Source: Nitrosopumilus sp.
GTDB lineage: Archaea > Thermoproteota > Nitrososphaeria > Nitrososphaerales > Nitrosopumilaceae
Direction: 5' to 3'
Assembly: GCA_965238275.1 (NCBI GenBank)
Contig: OZ250186.1
Span: 1,536,001 to 1,600,000, forward strand
Length of the DNA stretch: 64,000 bases
The number at the start of each line of letters is the position of its first letter. Position 1 is the first letter of the stretch. Both the position numbers and the translations under genes were made by a program. The notes beneath the pieces were generated by a model that was given only the letters and a program-made list of their open reading frames with translations, made no database searches and was not told the origin of the DNA. This document shows, piece by piece, positions 40,202 through 50,555 of the stretch.

Positions 40202-40534
40202 TCACGTCGGAACGTCCTTGATCTTCTTCAAGGTGTCCAAATGCATGTTGACGGATTTTAAAATCTCCTGCTGCCTTTCGCTACTGTCTGCATGTTCCAA
40301 CTCTCCTGAGAGGACTCTTATCTTTTCGTTGATTATTTCTGCCAGGGACGATACCGTATCCTGATTGCTGTCCTGTGGCAGATCCCTTTTTTCCGGCTCC
40401 CTGCCACAGCCGATACACAAGGCATGCCCGTCTTTGATCACCCGGACTCCTGCACAGTACGGGCACGGCTGGCCAAGCAGCGTGGCACCGTCCAGCAGCA
40501 TCTTGGCTGCACGCCTTGTAAGATCCTTTGACAT
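40202..40534 (-). CDS. Autoantigen p27 (SSSCA1)-like zinc-ribbon protein
   Basis: AKMLLDGATLL..PCPYC....CIGC. Confidence 0.85.
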   Translation of the reverse strand: MSKDLTRRAAKMLLDGATLLGQPCPYCAGVRVIKDGHALCIGCGREPEKRDLPQDSNQDTVSSLAEIINEKIRVLSGELEHADSSERQQEILKSVNMHLDTLKKIKDVPT

Positions 40535-40659
40535 GAGTTTCAGCCGGCATTCTGCCTAAAAAATCCCTTGATCTCCGACATCGTCGCGGTACCGTCGTGC
40601 GCCTGCAGCGATGCCTGCCACGCCCGCGGCAGCAAGCAAATTCCATGACGCACGCCATG

Positions 40660-40794
40660 TTGGGGGACGCATCCTGAATTCATGCCACCTGGCACCCAAC
40701 CGACCATTCTGGCAACAGCCCTTGTCTGCAGTCGTACATGATACTCTACAACACCATCTGACATTACCTACAGTGTGAGCCTGCAGGGATCTTC
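40660..40794 (-). pseudogene. Possible decayed start of a MoeB/ThiF (E1) domain in frame with the Ubl gene
   Basis: Read-through S*EDPCRLTL*VMSDGVVEYHVRLQTRAVARMVGWVPGGM loosely fits E1 start ..RYSRQVM...L....V.VVG.GG. Confidence 0.4.
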
Positions 40795-41085
40795 CTAGGA
40801 AAGACCAGAGCCGCCTGCAACTGCAGGCAGTATGTATATCTCGTCACCGCTTTTGAGCGCAGTCTTCATCCCTTCTGAGAATTTTGCATTCTTGCCGTTG
40901 ACGTATATGTTGATGAGTGATCTGGGAGTCCCGTCAGCCTCTAAAACGCGCCTTCCAAAGTCATCACCCATGACTTTAACCGTTTTGGCAAAGGCGTCTG
41001 CCAGGGAGTCTGCAGAAACCTGCATCTTTTTCTCTCCGCCGCCCCGGTTCAAAACCGAGGGGATAACAAATGTAATGTCTGTCAT
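40795..41085 (-). CDS. MoaD/ThiS/SAMP ubiquitin-like protein ending AVAGG-SGLS
   Basis: INIYVNGKN...LKSGDEIYILPAVAGG; ATG overlaps thrC stop. Confidence 0.88.
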   Translation of the reverse strand: MTDITFVIPSVLNRGGGEKKMQVSADSLADAFAKTVKVMGDDFGRRVLEADGTPRSLINIYVNGKNAKFSEGMKTALKSGDEIYILPAVAGGSGLS

Positions 41086-42299
41086 CAGTTGACCGCCGCC
41101 GATACCTCTTGGATGTTTGCCCTGACTTCTGCCGGCCTCTTGAGCACCCGCATTATTGTCTCTATGGCCTTGAGTCCGTTGCCGGTCACATAACACACCA
41201 CGGTCTGATCCGGATCAATCTCCTGCCGCTGGACCATCTTTTGAAGGGCTGCCACTGCCACGCCACCTGCAGGTTCTGTAAATATGCCTTCAGTCCTTGC
41301 CAAGAGTATGATCCCCTCGAGAATTTCCTCATCGCCTGACTCTACTGCAATGCCGCCGTACTGCCCGAGTCGTTTGAGTACGTACCTGCCGTCGCCGGGG
41401 TCGCCTATTGCCAGACTCTTTGCAATTGTATCTGGCTGCTCCACCGGAGTCACATGAGTGCTGTTGCTGTTAAAGGCATCAACTACGGGCGCACAGCCGC
41501 GGGGCTGCGCCGCACTCACATGCATGCCTGATACATCCTCAGTCAGCGAGACCTCCTGCAGTTCCTCAAATCCCTTGCAGATGGCATTAAGCATTGCACC
41601 ACTCCCGACAGGAACAACCAAGTGATCCGGAACCTTCCAGTCCAGCTGCTCGGCGACCTCGTATGCAAGGGTCTTGGAGCCTTCGACATAGTATGATCTC
41701 AGATTGATGTTGACTATTCCAATCCTCTTGCGCTCGCCGATGTTTGCTGCCAGCGTGTTTGCATCATCATATGTCCCCCTGACCGGAATATAGTTTGCCC
41801 CGTATGCAAGCGCCTGGGCTATCTTTGCAGTCTCTATGTCTGCCGGGGCAAACACATGACAGTCAAGTCCGGCCTTTGCCGCATGTGCTGCAGTCGCAGA
41901 TGCAAGGTTCCCAGTGGATGCGCATCCCACAGAATGTATGCCCAGTTCCCCCGCCTTGGAGACTGCCACGCCTGCCGGCCTGTCCTTGAACGAGTACGTC
42001 GGGTTTACGGAATCATTCTTAATGTACAGGTTTTTGAGTCCCAAGGCCTTCCCGAGCCGTTCGGCCTTTATGAGGGGGGTCATGCCTGCACCAATACTCA
42101 CTATGTTGGATTTATTCTCTATTGGCAGCATCTCAAAGTACCGCCAGTATGTCTGCTGGCGGCCTGCAAACATGTCCCGGGTGATTTTGGGAAAGTTATA
42201 CTTTACATCAAGCGGACCAAAGCATTCATCGCAGACATATTTGAATGACGTCTCATACTGCCTTTTACACTCCCTGCACTCTAGAAATAATCGCCCCAT
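41085..42299 (-). CDS. thrC: Threonine synthase-family PLP enzyme
   Basis: NPTYSFKDR, CASTGNLA, EGSKT, PVGSG, EPAGG, TGNGLK. Confidence 0.9.
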   Translation of the reverse strand: MGRLFLECRECKRQYETSFKYVCDECFGPLDVKYNFPKITRDMFAGRQQTYWRYFEMLPIENKSNIVSIGAGMTPLIKAERLGKALGLKNLYIKNDSVNPTYSFKDRPAGVAVSKAGELGIHSVGCASTGNLASATAAHAAKAGLDCHVFAPADIETAKIAQALAYGANYIPVRGTYDDANTLAANIGERKRIGIVNINLRSYYVEGSKTLAYEVAEQLDWKVPDHLVVPVGSGAMLNAICKGFEELQEVSLTEDVSGMHVSAAQPRGCAPVVDAFNSNSTHVTPVEQPDTIAKSLAIGDPGDGRYVLKRLGQYGGIAVESGDEEILEGIILLARTEGIFTEPAGGVAVAALQKMVQRQEIDPDQTVVCYVTGNGLKAIETIMRVLKRPAEVRANIQEVSAAVN

Positions 42300-42438
42300 G
42301 TCTCAAGACAAACTCGGCTGAAACCATACTTAAAACGTCCTAATATTGAATCAAGTGTTACTTAATTTTGTTCTGAAAAAATTCAGTAGTATATATAACG
42401 ACAAGTTATGTGCGGTGCCCTGTCCGGGACATATGGCC

Positions 42439-42768
42439 TCATTTGGCCAATTTGTTGTGAAAGCAGCTGGGATCGCCCTTGTGGCAGGCAGGCCCCGTAG
42501 GTTCAACCAGGTATATCAGCGCATCCGAGTCACAGTCGACTAGAATGTCCCTGACATGCTGGACATTCCCTGACGTCTCGCCCTTCATCCACAGTTTTTT
42601 CCGCGAACGGCTGTAAAACCATGATTTGGCCGTCTTTATGGTAAGCCCCAGGGATTCCCTGTTGGCGTATGCAAGGGTAAGTACCTGACGCGTGCTGGCG
42701 TTTTGCACTATTACCGGAACCAGCCCGTCCCCCTTCTCAAAGTCGATCTCGTCAATTGACTGTATCAT
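42439..42768 (-). CDS. hisI: Phosphoribosyl-AMP cyclohydrolase
   Basis: [30 protein letters not shown]. Confidence 0.95.
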   Translation of the reverse strand: MIQSIDEIDFEKGDGLVPVIVQNASTRQVLTLAYANRESLGLTIKTAKSWFYSRSRKKLWMKGETSGNVQHVRDILVDCDSDALIYLVEPTGPACHKGDPSCFHNKLAK

Positions 42769-42892
42769 GTGTGTGGGGTGTGGGATGGGTTCTATAATTA
42801 TAGCGAAACTGGACCGGTTTGGTGCATGTCTTTGTGCTAACCCAAGACAAACGCAAATAATTTCATTTTCAGGATAGGTTTATTACCGTAAT

Positions 42893-44272
42893 TTGCACAA
42901 AACTTGCATGATAAGGCGTCTGCTGCTACCTGCATTTGTGGCAATCCTTATTGCAGTTGGTGCTGCTACCCCTGTGTGGGCCGCGCAGCTAGAAGTTTTA
43001 ATCAACCCTGACACTGAGTCATCACCATTTCATATAAGATACCAAAAGACTGTCTTTGTAGAGTACCCAGAAGACGGGCAGATACACGACCAGCTTGCCG
43101 GACAAGAGTGGGTCGTTGCAGGCATTGTGGATTCTTCAAACCCAGACGTCCAGAACCTTATGGGTCATCTCAACCAGAACATATTTGACGCAGGAAGCCA
43201 GGCATCAGTCTCTTATCTCGAAGTATCCTATAACATTCACCTCCAGCCGTTTGGCGACCATACGTCGATTGACTACACTGTGATTCTGGAAGGAACGATG
43301 TCCAACTATCTCATCACGCAGGATTCCCAGAGGTCGCTGATTGATATGGGCTGGAGGGGACTCAGTGCATATGATCCGGTTGTTATTGATGGCGTAGAGA
43401 TCAACCTGCCGATCAGCATACTAGAATCCCACTCACCCGAGACGTACGGACTTCTTGCAGGGACCGCAGCAGACGACGTCCTTACAATACCCCTTATCAA
43501 TGCTGATTTCATACTGGAACAGCCCATGACCAACTGGCACTTTCTGTTCGATCCCACCGGAATCAACGTCGACGCCGGAACGTTTGGTTTGAGTGACGAG
43601 ATCGCAGGTCACGTAGTCAGCGCATGGACCATGGGCGAGAGCAGCATTCGTGAAGGAATCCAGACCGAGCGCGAATTTGAGGCGACCATCACACTTGACC
43701 GGGAATACACAATCAGGAGTCTGCAGTCTGCAGACAACGCAGTCGTTCGGGTGCTGGGCTTTGGCACGCTGGACATACTTGACGGTGTAGAAATTGCAGG
43801 CGTTACCCCCCTGGCTCCGGAGGGCTTTGGTACCACATCCACTGGCGACTTTCCCATATTCATCATATACGGTATGGCAGGACTTGCAGCCGTAGCCGGA
43901 ATCGGATTCTTCTTTATAAGCAACAGATCCCTCAAGAACCAGCAGACAGAGCAGCAGGGAATTGATCCAAACCGGCTGGTGGGATATCAGACCAGCGCCT
44001 CATCCGGAGGATACCAGACCAACAGGGGCGAGGCACAGCTAAAGGACGACACTGACTATAAACAAACCAGAAACGTCTATGACGGATCCTCACAGGATGC
44101 TCCCCGGCCATCTGCTGCAACCCCTACAGTGTCTGATGCGACATGCGGCTGTTCTGCTTCTGCAGAGATGGGATCCGAGTGCGACTGCCAGATGCAGAGC
44201 TCCTGCCTGTGCGATGCCACATGCGACTGCGGCGCAAGCCTCTGCCGGGAAAACGCCGACATGATGAGATAG
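42893..44272 (+). CDS. Single-pass surface protein with Cys-rich C-terminal tail, copy 1
   Basis: Signal peptide, acidic ectodomain, TM FPIFIIYGMAGLAAVAGIGFFF, tail with 9 Cys. Confidence 0.85.
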   Translation: MHKTCMIRRLLLPAFVAILIAVGAATPVWAAQLEVLINPDTESSPFHIRYQKTVFVEYPEDGQIHDQLAGQEWVVAGIVDSSNPDVQNLMGHLNQNIFDAGSQASVSYLEVSYNIHLQPFGDHTSIDYTVILEGTMSNYLITQDSQRSLIDMGWRGLSAYDPVVIDGVEINLPISILESHSPETYGLLAGTAADDVLTIPLINADFILEQPMTNWHFLFDPTGINVDAGTFGLSDEIAGHVVSAWTMGESSIREGIQTEREFEATITLDREYTIRSLQSADNAVVRVLGFGTLDILDGVEIAGVTPLAPEGFGTTSTGDFPIFIIYGMAGLAAVAGIGFFFISNRSLKNQQTEQQGIDPNRLVGYQTSASSGGYQTNRGEAQLKDDTDYKQTRNVYDGSSQDAPRPSAATPTVSDATCGCSASAEMGSECDCQMQSSCLCDATCDCGASLCRENADMMR

Positions 44273-44531
44273 CAGACGTGCCAGTCTAGGCGATACTGGA
44301 GCAACCCTCTGTTTTGGCGATATTTTGCTTTGCAGCCCTGCCTGTTGCGGGAATCTGTTTGGCCTTGTCCCATGCAGCCATTTCTTGCTACTGCGTGATG
44401 CAGCGCGTGGGTTTGCCGGGTTCATCCCCGCTGTCCATCTGATTCATGCAATCCTGTACGGTGCGCCTGGGCACTTTCAGAGGCATACCCTGGATTATCA
44501 TCTTGTTTTATAGTAGGTTTATTAGCGGAAT

Positions 44532-45911
44532 TTGTGCAAGTTTGTCGTGGCAGGTCAATTGGTACTACCTGTATTTGTCGCAATCCTGATCATGGTTGGC
44601 GCATCCGCTCCTGCGTGGGCAGCCCAATTAGACGTTGTGATTAACCCTAATACTGAATCATCCCCATTTCATATAACGCACCAAAAGACTGTCTTTATAG
44701 AGTATCCAGAAGACGGGCAGATATTTGACTACCTGAGTGGACAGGAATGGGTGGTTGAAGGTACTGCAGACTCCTCAAGCCCAGATACCCAGGATCTTAT
44801 ACGCCAGCTCAACCAGAACATATTTGATTCAGGAAGCCAGGCATTCATCACTGATCTTGAAGTATCCTATGACATTCACCTCCAGCCGTTTGGCGACCAT
44901 ACGTCGATTGACTATACAGTGGTTCTGGAAGGAACGATATCCAACTATCTCATCACAAGGGATTCCCAGCAGGCCCTGATTGATCTGGGCTGGAGGGGAC
45001 TCAGTGCGCATGACCCGGTTGTAATTGATGGCGTAGAGATCAACCTGCCGTTCAGCATACTAGAATCCCACTCACCCGAGACGTACGGACTTCTTGCAGG
45101 AACCGCAGCAGACGACGTCCTTACAAGACCCCTTATCAATGCCGATTTCATACTGGAACTGCCCCTTGTCGACTGGCACTTTCTGTTTGATCCCACGGGA
45201 ATCGGCGTTGATGCCGAAACGTTTGGCCTGAGTGAGGAGATCTCCGGGTTTGTCCTTAGCAAGTGGACCATGGGCTTGAGTGACATTATAATAGGAGTCC
45301 AAGGTGAGCGTGAATTTGAGGCCGTTGTGACACTTGACAGGGAATACACCGTCAGAAGCCTGCAGTCTGCAGACAATGCATCCATCCAGGTGGTGGGCTT
45401 TGGTGCGCTAGGTACGTTGGATGGCATTGAGATTGCAGGAGTTACCCCCAATCCTCCACCGGATTATTTCAACCCCGCCACTGGCAAGTTTCCAATATTC
45501 ATCATATACGGCATGGCAGGAGTTGCAGCCGTTGCCGGAATAGGATTCTTCTTTGTAAGCAACAGATCCCTCAAGAACCAGCAGACAGAGCAGCAGGGAA
45601 TTGATCCAAACCGGCTGGTGGGATATCAGACCAGCGCCTCATCCGGAGGATACCAGACCAACAGGGGCGAGGCGCAGCTAAAGGACGACACTGACTATAA
45701 ACAAACCAGAAACGTCTATGACGGATCCTCACAGGATGCTCCCCGGCCATCTGCTGCAACGCCTGCAGTGTCTGATGCGACATGCGGCTGTTCTGCTTCT
45801 GCAGAGATGGGCTCCGAGTGCGACTGCCAGATGCAGAGCTCCTGCCTGTGCGATGCCACATGCGACTGCGGCGCAAGCCTCTGCCGGGAAAACGCCGACA
45901 TGATGGGCTAG
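44532..45911 (+). CDS. Single-pass surface protein with Cys-rich tail, copy 2
   Basis: 459-aa paralogue; last ~350 bp almost identical to copy 1. Confidence 0.85.
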   Translation: MCKFVVAGQLVLPVFVAILIMVGASAPAWAAQLDVVINPNTESSPFHITHQKTVFIEYPEDGQIFDYLSGQEWVVEGTADSSSPDTQDLIRQLNQNIFDSGSQAFITDLEVSYDIHLQPFGDHTSIDYTVVLEGTISNYLITRDSQQALIDLGWRGLSAHDPVVIDGVEINLPFSILESHSPETYGLLAGTAADDVLTRPLINADFILELPLVDWHFLFDPTGIGVDAETFGLSEEISGFVLSKWTMGLSDIIIGVQGEREFEAVVTLDREYTVRSLQSADNASIQVVGFGALGTLDGIEIAGVTPNPPPDYFNPATGKFPIFIIYGMAGVAAVAGIGFFFVSNRSLKNQQTEQQGIDPNRLVGYQTSASSGGYQTNRGEAQLKDDTDYKQTRNVYDGSSQDAPRPSAATPAVSDATCGCSASAEMGSECDCQMQSSCLCDATCDCGASLCRENADMMG

Positions 45912-46229
45912 CTAGATGTGTGTGCTGGGAGTAACCCTCCTTCTGTTTTCACGATATTTCGCTTTGCGGCCTACCTGAACCTGCTACAGGCATCTGTGGT
46001 TCTGTTTGGCCTTGCTCCATGCGGGTCGGCTTGTTTCATTCCGTTTATGGAAACCTCAGGTTCTACCATCACCGTGCGCCATATTGGATCTTTTCTGCTC
46101 CGTTGCCAGCCATCTCTGACTATCCATCTCCGGATCACATCTCCTGTACGGAGGGAGGAGTTTCCTCTGCCGTGGCAGCGTGTCGTGCTCCAGCTCACAC
46201 CATGTCCTGGCACCCATTGAATTTGAGTA

Positions 46230-46868
46230 TTACTCTTTGGGCCTGACGCCTGTAATGAAGAGCGTTCCAAGATCCCTCTTCCAATTCTCTGCATCTGACG
46301 GATCCGTCACCTGCCTCGTGTGCACGGTAAATCCGGCCCCCTGAAAAAGGGCCACCCACTGGTCCCTTGAATACAGGTGCATCCGAACCTTCATGTTCTC
46401 TGCCCATCCTGCAGTGGCGCGGTTCTCAGTGTAAAAATCAGTTCCGCAAAAGAACGCCCCTCCTGGCTTTACCAGCCTGTATATCCTTGGAGGAGGATCA
46501 AGCGCAGTTTTAACCGAGTCTGCATAGTACAGGGACTCCATTGAGAAGACATAGTCAAATGTTTCCCCGTACCCCCAGGACTCGATGTCCGTGTGGATAA
46601 ATGACTCCTTTTTGCTCCGGGCCTTTTTTGCAGCCTGCGCAACCATGCTGCCGCTCTTGTCTATTCCGACTGCCTTTGTACAGTTTTTATGCCCTGCAAT
46701 CATCCTGACCACCCATCCATTCCCGCAGCCGACATCCAGAAATGTAAACGGATGATCAAAGGAAACATCCTGAAGAAACCCTGTGACGTTCCTGCCATGT
46801 CCCTTTTCTAGAATCTCGGCTTTCCCGTTCAGGGCCCAGCTGTCAAACGTCCTCTCGACTGCATCCAC
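46230..46868 (-). CDS. Class I SAM-dependent methyltransferase
   Basis: FLDVGCGNG, FD.VFSMESLYY, VKPGG. Confidence 0.88.
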   Translation of the reverse strand: MDAVERTFDSWALNGKAEILEKGHGRNVTGFLQDVSFDHPFTFLDVGCGNGWVVRMIAGHKNCTKAVGIDKSGSMVAQAAKKARSKKESFIHTDIESWGYGETFDYVFSMESLYYADSVKTALDPPPRIYRLVKPGGAFFCGTDFYTENRATAGWAENMKVRMHLYSRDQWVALFQGAGFTVHTRQVTDPSDAENWKRDLGTLFITGVRPKE

Positions 46869-47025
46869 ATGCATGCAGCCTGTGCTCCTCTTAATCTTCT
46901 TTTGCCGGCCGGGCATTGCAGGGGTGATTCACGGTTTGCCGGTTTGGCCATATGTCGGGATGCGGGCAGTTCAGGAATACTGCCATGCCCCATGTCATCT
47001 TGTCGGTGTGCGGCCGCATCCGGCT

Positions 47026-48249
47026 TTAGCGTTGTGCGGCGCGTCTTCTTACCATGCCAAGCAGCTGCCTCACGGCAAGCCTTGGATGGTTTCTGGTGAG
47101 CCTGATTATATATGACAGGCCAAACTCGGCCCTTATAAAATCCAGAAACTCGTCTGGCTTTAGCTCGTTGATGACGTTGAGCTCCTCGTCCCACTCCCTG
47201 TCTGAGAATCCAATCCACCTGTTCTGGATGCCTCCTGCGGAGTTTATCTTTGACTCTATCCCGCTTCTCCACTCCTCCTCATACCTGTACATGCTGTCCC
47301 TGTCGGTTCTTCCGGTTCTTGCCGCATCCGATGCGACCTTTCCTGCGGTTCTGCCGTACCTTATGGCATACCTGATGCCCTCTAGCACCAGCGGGTTTGC
47401 CTGTCCTGCAGAATCACCCACCATGATCAGGTTGTTAAAGACTGTCCTTCGCACAAGCCCGTCGTTTGGAATCATGCCGTAGTGAAACTCTATTGGCGTT
47501 ATCCTGCCCAGTTTTTTTATGGGTCCAGTTTTGTCCCTTATCAAGTCCTTGAGCCTCTGCGTGGGGTCTATGTCAGATTCGGGTTTCCCCACACCCACCC
47601 CAATCCTTACAATGTCCCCCCCGACAGGAAAGATCCACGCGTATCCTGCAGGGGAATACTTTTGCCCCACCATCAGCCACCATGTATCCGGATCCGCATT
47701 CTCCACCCTGGCCTCGTACTCTGCCCCGGCACCAAACCTCTTCCACTTGGGTGCAAGATTCATTGCCCTGCACACTACAGACGAAAACCCGCTTGCATCA
47801 ATTATCACCTTTCCGTGGAACGTGACCTCCCCGTCAGGCCCCGTCCCGCTTACTCCTGCAATGTCGCCGCTCTTATTCCTGATGATGCCTGTAACGTTGG
47901 TTTTGACCATGATCTCTGCACCCGCCTTTCGTGCCTCCTCTGCCAGCCATCTGTACGTCCCCCTCACGTCCAGCACCGCCGCCCTTGGAACCGCATCTGT
48001 GATGGTGACTTCGTTGTTTGGAGAGCAGAACGAGAAGTTTTTTACAGGATTAAAACACTCGTCGGGAATTCCAAACTCCCTGATATCCTGAATCCATGTG
48101 ACGCCGCTGGTCCTGACGCTCTCTGCAATGGCGCCCTCCTTCTCCAGCAGGACCACGCTTGCCCCGTTTTTTGCAGCCGCATATGCTGCAGAGGATCCTG
48201 CCGGACCTCCCCCCACGACTACTACGTCATAATGATACTCTGCTGGCAA
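47026..48249 (-). CDS. Geranylgeranyl reductase-family FAD oxidoreductase
   Basis: VVGGGPAG, GYAWIFP, VGDSAGQANPLVLEGI. Confidence 0.88.
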   Translation of the reverse strand: MPAEYHYDVVVVGGGPAGSSAAYAAAKNGASVVLLEKEGAIAESVRTSGVTWIQDIREFGIPDECFNPVKNFSFCSPNNEVTITDAVPRAAVLDVRGTYRWLAEEARKAGAEIMVKTNVTGIIRNKSGDIAGVSGTGPDGEVTFHGKVIIDASGFSSVVCRAMNLAPKWKRFGAGAEYEARVENADPDTWWLMVGQKYSPAGYAWIFPVGGDIVRIGVGVGKPESDIDPTQRLKDLIRDKTGPIKKLGRITPIEFHYGMIPNDGLVRRTVFNNLIMVGDSAGQANPLVLEGIRYAIRYGRTAGKVASDAARTGRTDRDSMYRYEEEWRSGIESKINSAGGIQNRWIGFSDREWDEELNVINELKPDEFLDFIRAEFGLSYIIRLTRNHPRLAVRQLLGMVRRRAAQR

Positions 48250-48284
48250 CTGATGGGCATTTCAATTACAGTTTAAAGTAGGTA

Positions 48285-48560
48285 TTGGTAATGCTGTTGC
48301 ACGAACGAGGGCCCCAACCTGCATTTGATCTCTCTATTCCAGAACCATCGAATGATGTCGAGCCGTTTATGGCATCGCTTATGGCATATGAAAAGGAGCA
48401 TTCCCGGCTAAACATGCTGAAATTACTGGCATATGCGGCGGCTGCCTCAAGCAACCATGAGGAAGATGTTATTGAGAAAAAAATCCAAAGTTACCGTGGC
48501 ATGTTCGGTTCCATCCCGGATGATCTTCTGATGCTACTTGAGAGCAGGGATGATACCTGA
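48285..48560 (+). CDS. Hypothetical protein
   Basis: 91-aa ORF, no motif recognised. Confidence 0.45.
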   Translation: MVMLLHERGPQPAFDLSIPEPSNDVEPFMASLMAYEKEHSRLNMLKLLAYAAAASSNHEEDVIEKKIQSYRGMFGSIPDDLLMLLESRDDT

Positions 48561-49196
48561 GTATATTTTGGGAATTAACGCGCAATTGGGAGGCATCTTG
48601 CAGGATTTTAGACCAAAGTCAACCGTTAAATTACTACCGAGGGTGGTACTGCCGGTGCGCTTTGATCTCAGAATACCATACCTGGTAATAATATCGCCAA
48701 ATGCCGCATTTGCACGCATTAAAGACGGCAATGGCATGTATTTTGGACAGGCTGTTGTAATATTTTTGATCGGAGCAATCCTTGGCGCCGTCATCACATC
48801 ATCACATATCTTCATCGGGCAATTGGAGTTATCAAGCCAGGCTAGTCTGTGGTGGCAGATGATATCAATTCTGACAAGCGGTGTGACCCTACCAGTGATA
48901 ATTCACATTGCAGGAAAGATATTTGGCGGTAACCGGTGTTGGAAACTGACGTTTGATGCAATCTTTCACATACATGTTTTGTACATCTTGCTAGCGGCGG
49001 TTCTATTTGGGCTGGTTGGTACATTCTGGTCGTATTACTCAATCCCCTTTGATTTATCCGCGCCGTCAATCGCGCCCGACTTCTTTTCCTCTATCTCTTT
49101 TCTGTATAATGTAGTCTCAATCTCATTAGAAAATATGCGTAATCCCCCTGTTCACATCGATAAATTTAGATCAGGCACGATCGCGTCTCACATCAA

Positions 49197-50555
49197 ATGC
49201 CAGACTCGCCTGATCAGATCATGCACAGATTGGAACAGGAAAACAGAAGCCTAAAAAATATTCTAAAGCAGAAAGACAAAAAGCTGGAACAGAAAGACAA
49301 AAAGCTGGAACAGAAAGACAAAAAGCTGGAACAGAAAGACAAAAAGCTGGAACAGAAAGACAAAAAGCTGGAACAGAAAGACAAAACCCTAAAAAATATT
49401 CTAAAGCAGAAAGACAAAAAGCTGGAACAGAAAGACAGGGAGTTGGGCCTTGAACGCGGCCTGTGGAAGAGCAGGAACGATGGCTGGAACCCCGGCAAGG
49501 GGCCAGCGTTGCACCTGCTAGAGGTGCTAGACGGCATAATACGCGACGGGGACAAGCTCCGCCATGTCACGCTGGCAGACGGGGAACAGTTCCGGTACAT
49601 GCTGGAGCGGGCCAAGGTGTTTCTGACGCATTCGGGCCAGATGCCGCTGTTCCGCGATAACGCATCCCGGGTCTCCGATCCCGGAAACCGGTGCAAACTG
49701 TACCTGAGACACGCACTGCTCCTAGCACTTATCCGCAAAAAGGACAACCCCGCCCAAGGCGTGCTTGCCGCATTCTTCGGGATAGACCAGACCACCGTGT
49801 CCCGGTACATTCCGGTGATGGATGCGATGCTGGCAGGAATACTTCCGACGGCAGACAACATATCCGAGGAGGTAGCTGCTGCCCCGACCAAGGAGGATTT
49901 CAAGAAGATCGTGCCCGGGTCCGACGGGGGCGAGATATTCATAGACGGCACGCACTGCCCCGTGCAGCGCCCGTCTGTAAAGTCAGTCCGGCGCATGAAA
50001 TACTCCGGCAAGAAGAAAAAGTTCACCAACAATACCAACGTGTACGCCAACCGGGACGGGGTGGTGATCGGCATATCAAAAAGCACCGTCGGGTCAGTCG
50101 GCGACATCACGCTGCTCAAGGAACGCCCCATGCCGTTTGGAAAGTGGGAGGAGGCGATGCACGATCCGGATCTGCCAGAATCAGACAGGTGCCACCCCTT
50201 CGTCGACCGCGGCTACCAGGGAATCGCAGACCACCTGCCCGGCACCACGCCGGAGATCCCGTACAAGAAGACCAGGGACACGCCGCTGACGCCGGAGCAA
50301 AAAAAGCACAACCACAGGATCAACTCCACCCGGGTGTTGGTGGAGCACGCCATAGGCAGGCTCAAGCGCTACGCGCGTCTTGCCGACCCGTACGACGGCA
50401 ACGCGGCGCAGTTCAACCGGGAGTTCAACGTGATCACCGGGCTGGTAAACCTGAACCTTTTGTGGGACTGCATGGAAAAGGGCCCGCCACCACCGGGGCA
50501 GTGGAAGACGTCAGTAGACTGGGACAGGGCCTGCTCCCAAGCTCCGGTCAAGTAG
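49197..50555 (+). CDS. DDE_Tnp_4-type transposase with N-terminal heptad repeat
   Basis: IDGTHCPVQRP, YSGKKK, DRGYQG, N....STRVLVEHAIGRLK. Confidence 0.92.
   Translation: MPDSPDQIMHRLEQENRSLKNILKQKDKKLEQKDKKLEQKDKKLEQKDKKLEQKDKKLEQKDKTLKNILKQKDKKLEQKDRELGLERGLWKSRNDGWNPGKGPALHLLEVLDGIIRDGDKLRHVTLADGEQFRYMLERAKVFLTHSGQMPLFRDNASRVSDPGNRCKLYLRHALLLALIRKKDNPAQGVLAAFFGIDQTTVSRYIPVMDAMLAGILPTADNISEEVAAAPTKEDFKKIVPGSDGGEIFIDGTHCPVQRPSVKSVRRMKYSGKKKKFTNNTNVYANRDGVVIGISKSTVGSVGDITLLKERPMPFGKWEEAMHDPDLPESDRCHPFVDRGYQGIADHLPGTTPEIPYKKTRDTPLTPEQKKHNHRINSTRVLVEHAIGRLKRYARLADPYDGNAAQFNREFNVITGLVNLNLLWDCMEKGPPPPGQWKTSVDWDRACSQAPVK
49250..49438 (+). repeat. 21-bp tandem repeat encoding QKDKKLE
   Basis: cagaaagacaaaaagctggaa repeated; LKNILK block duplicated. 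Confidence 0.95.
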
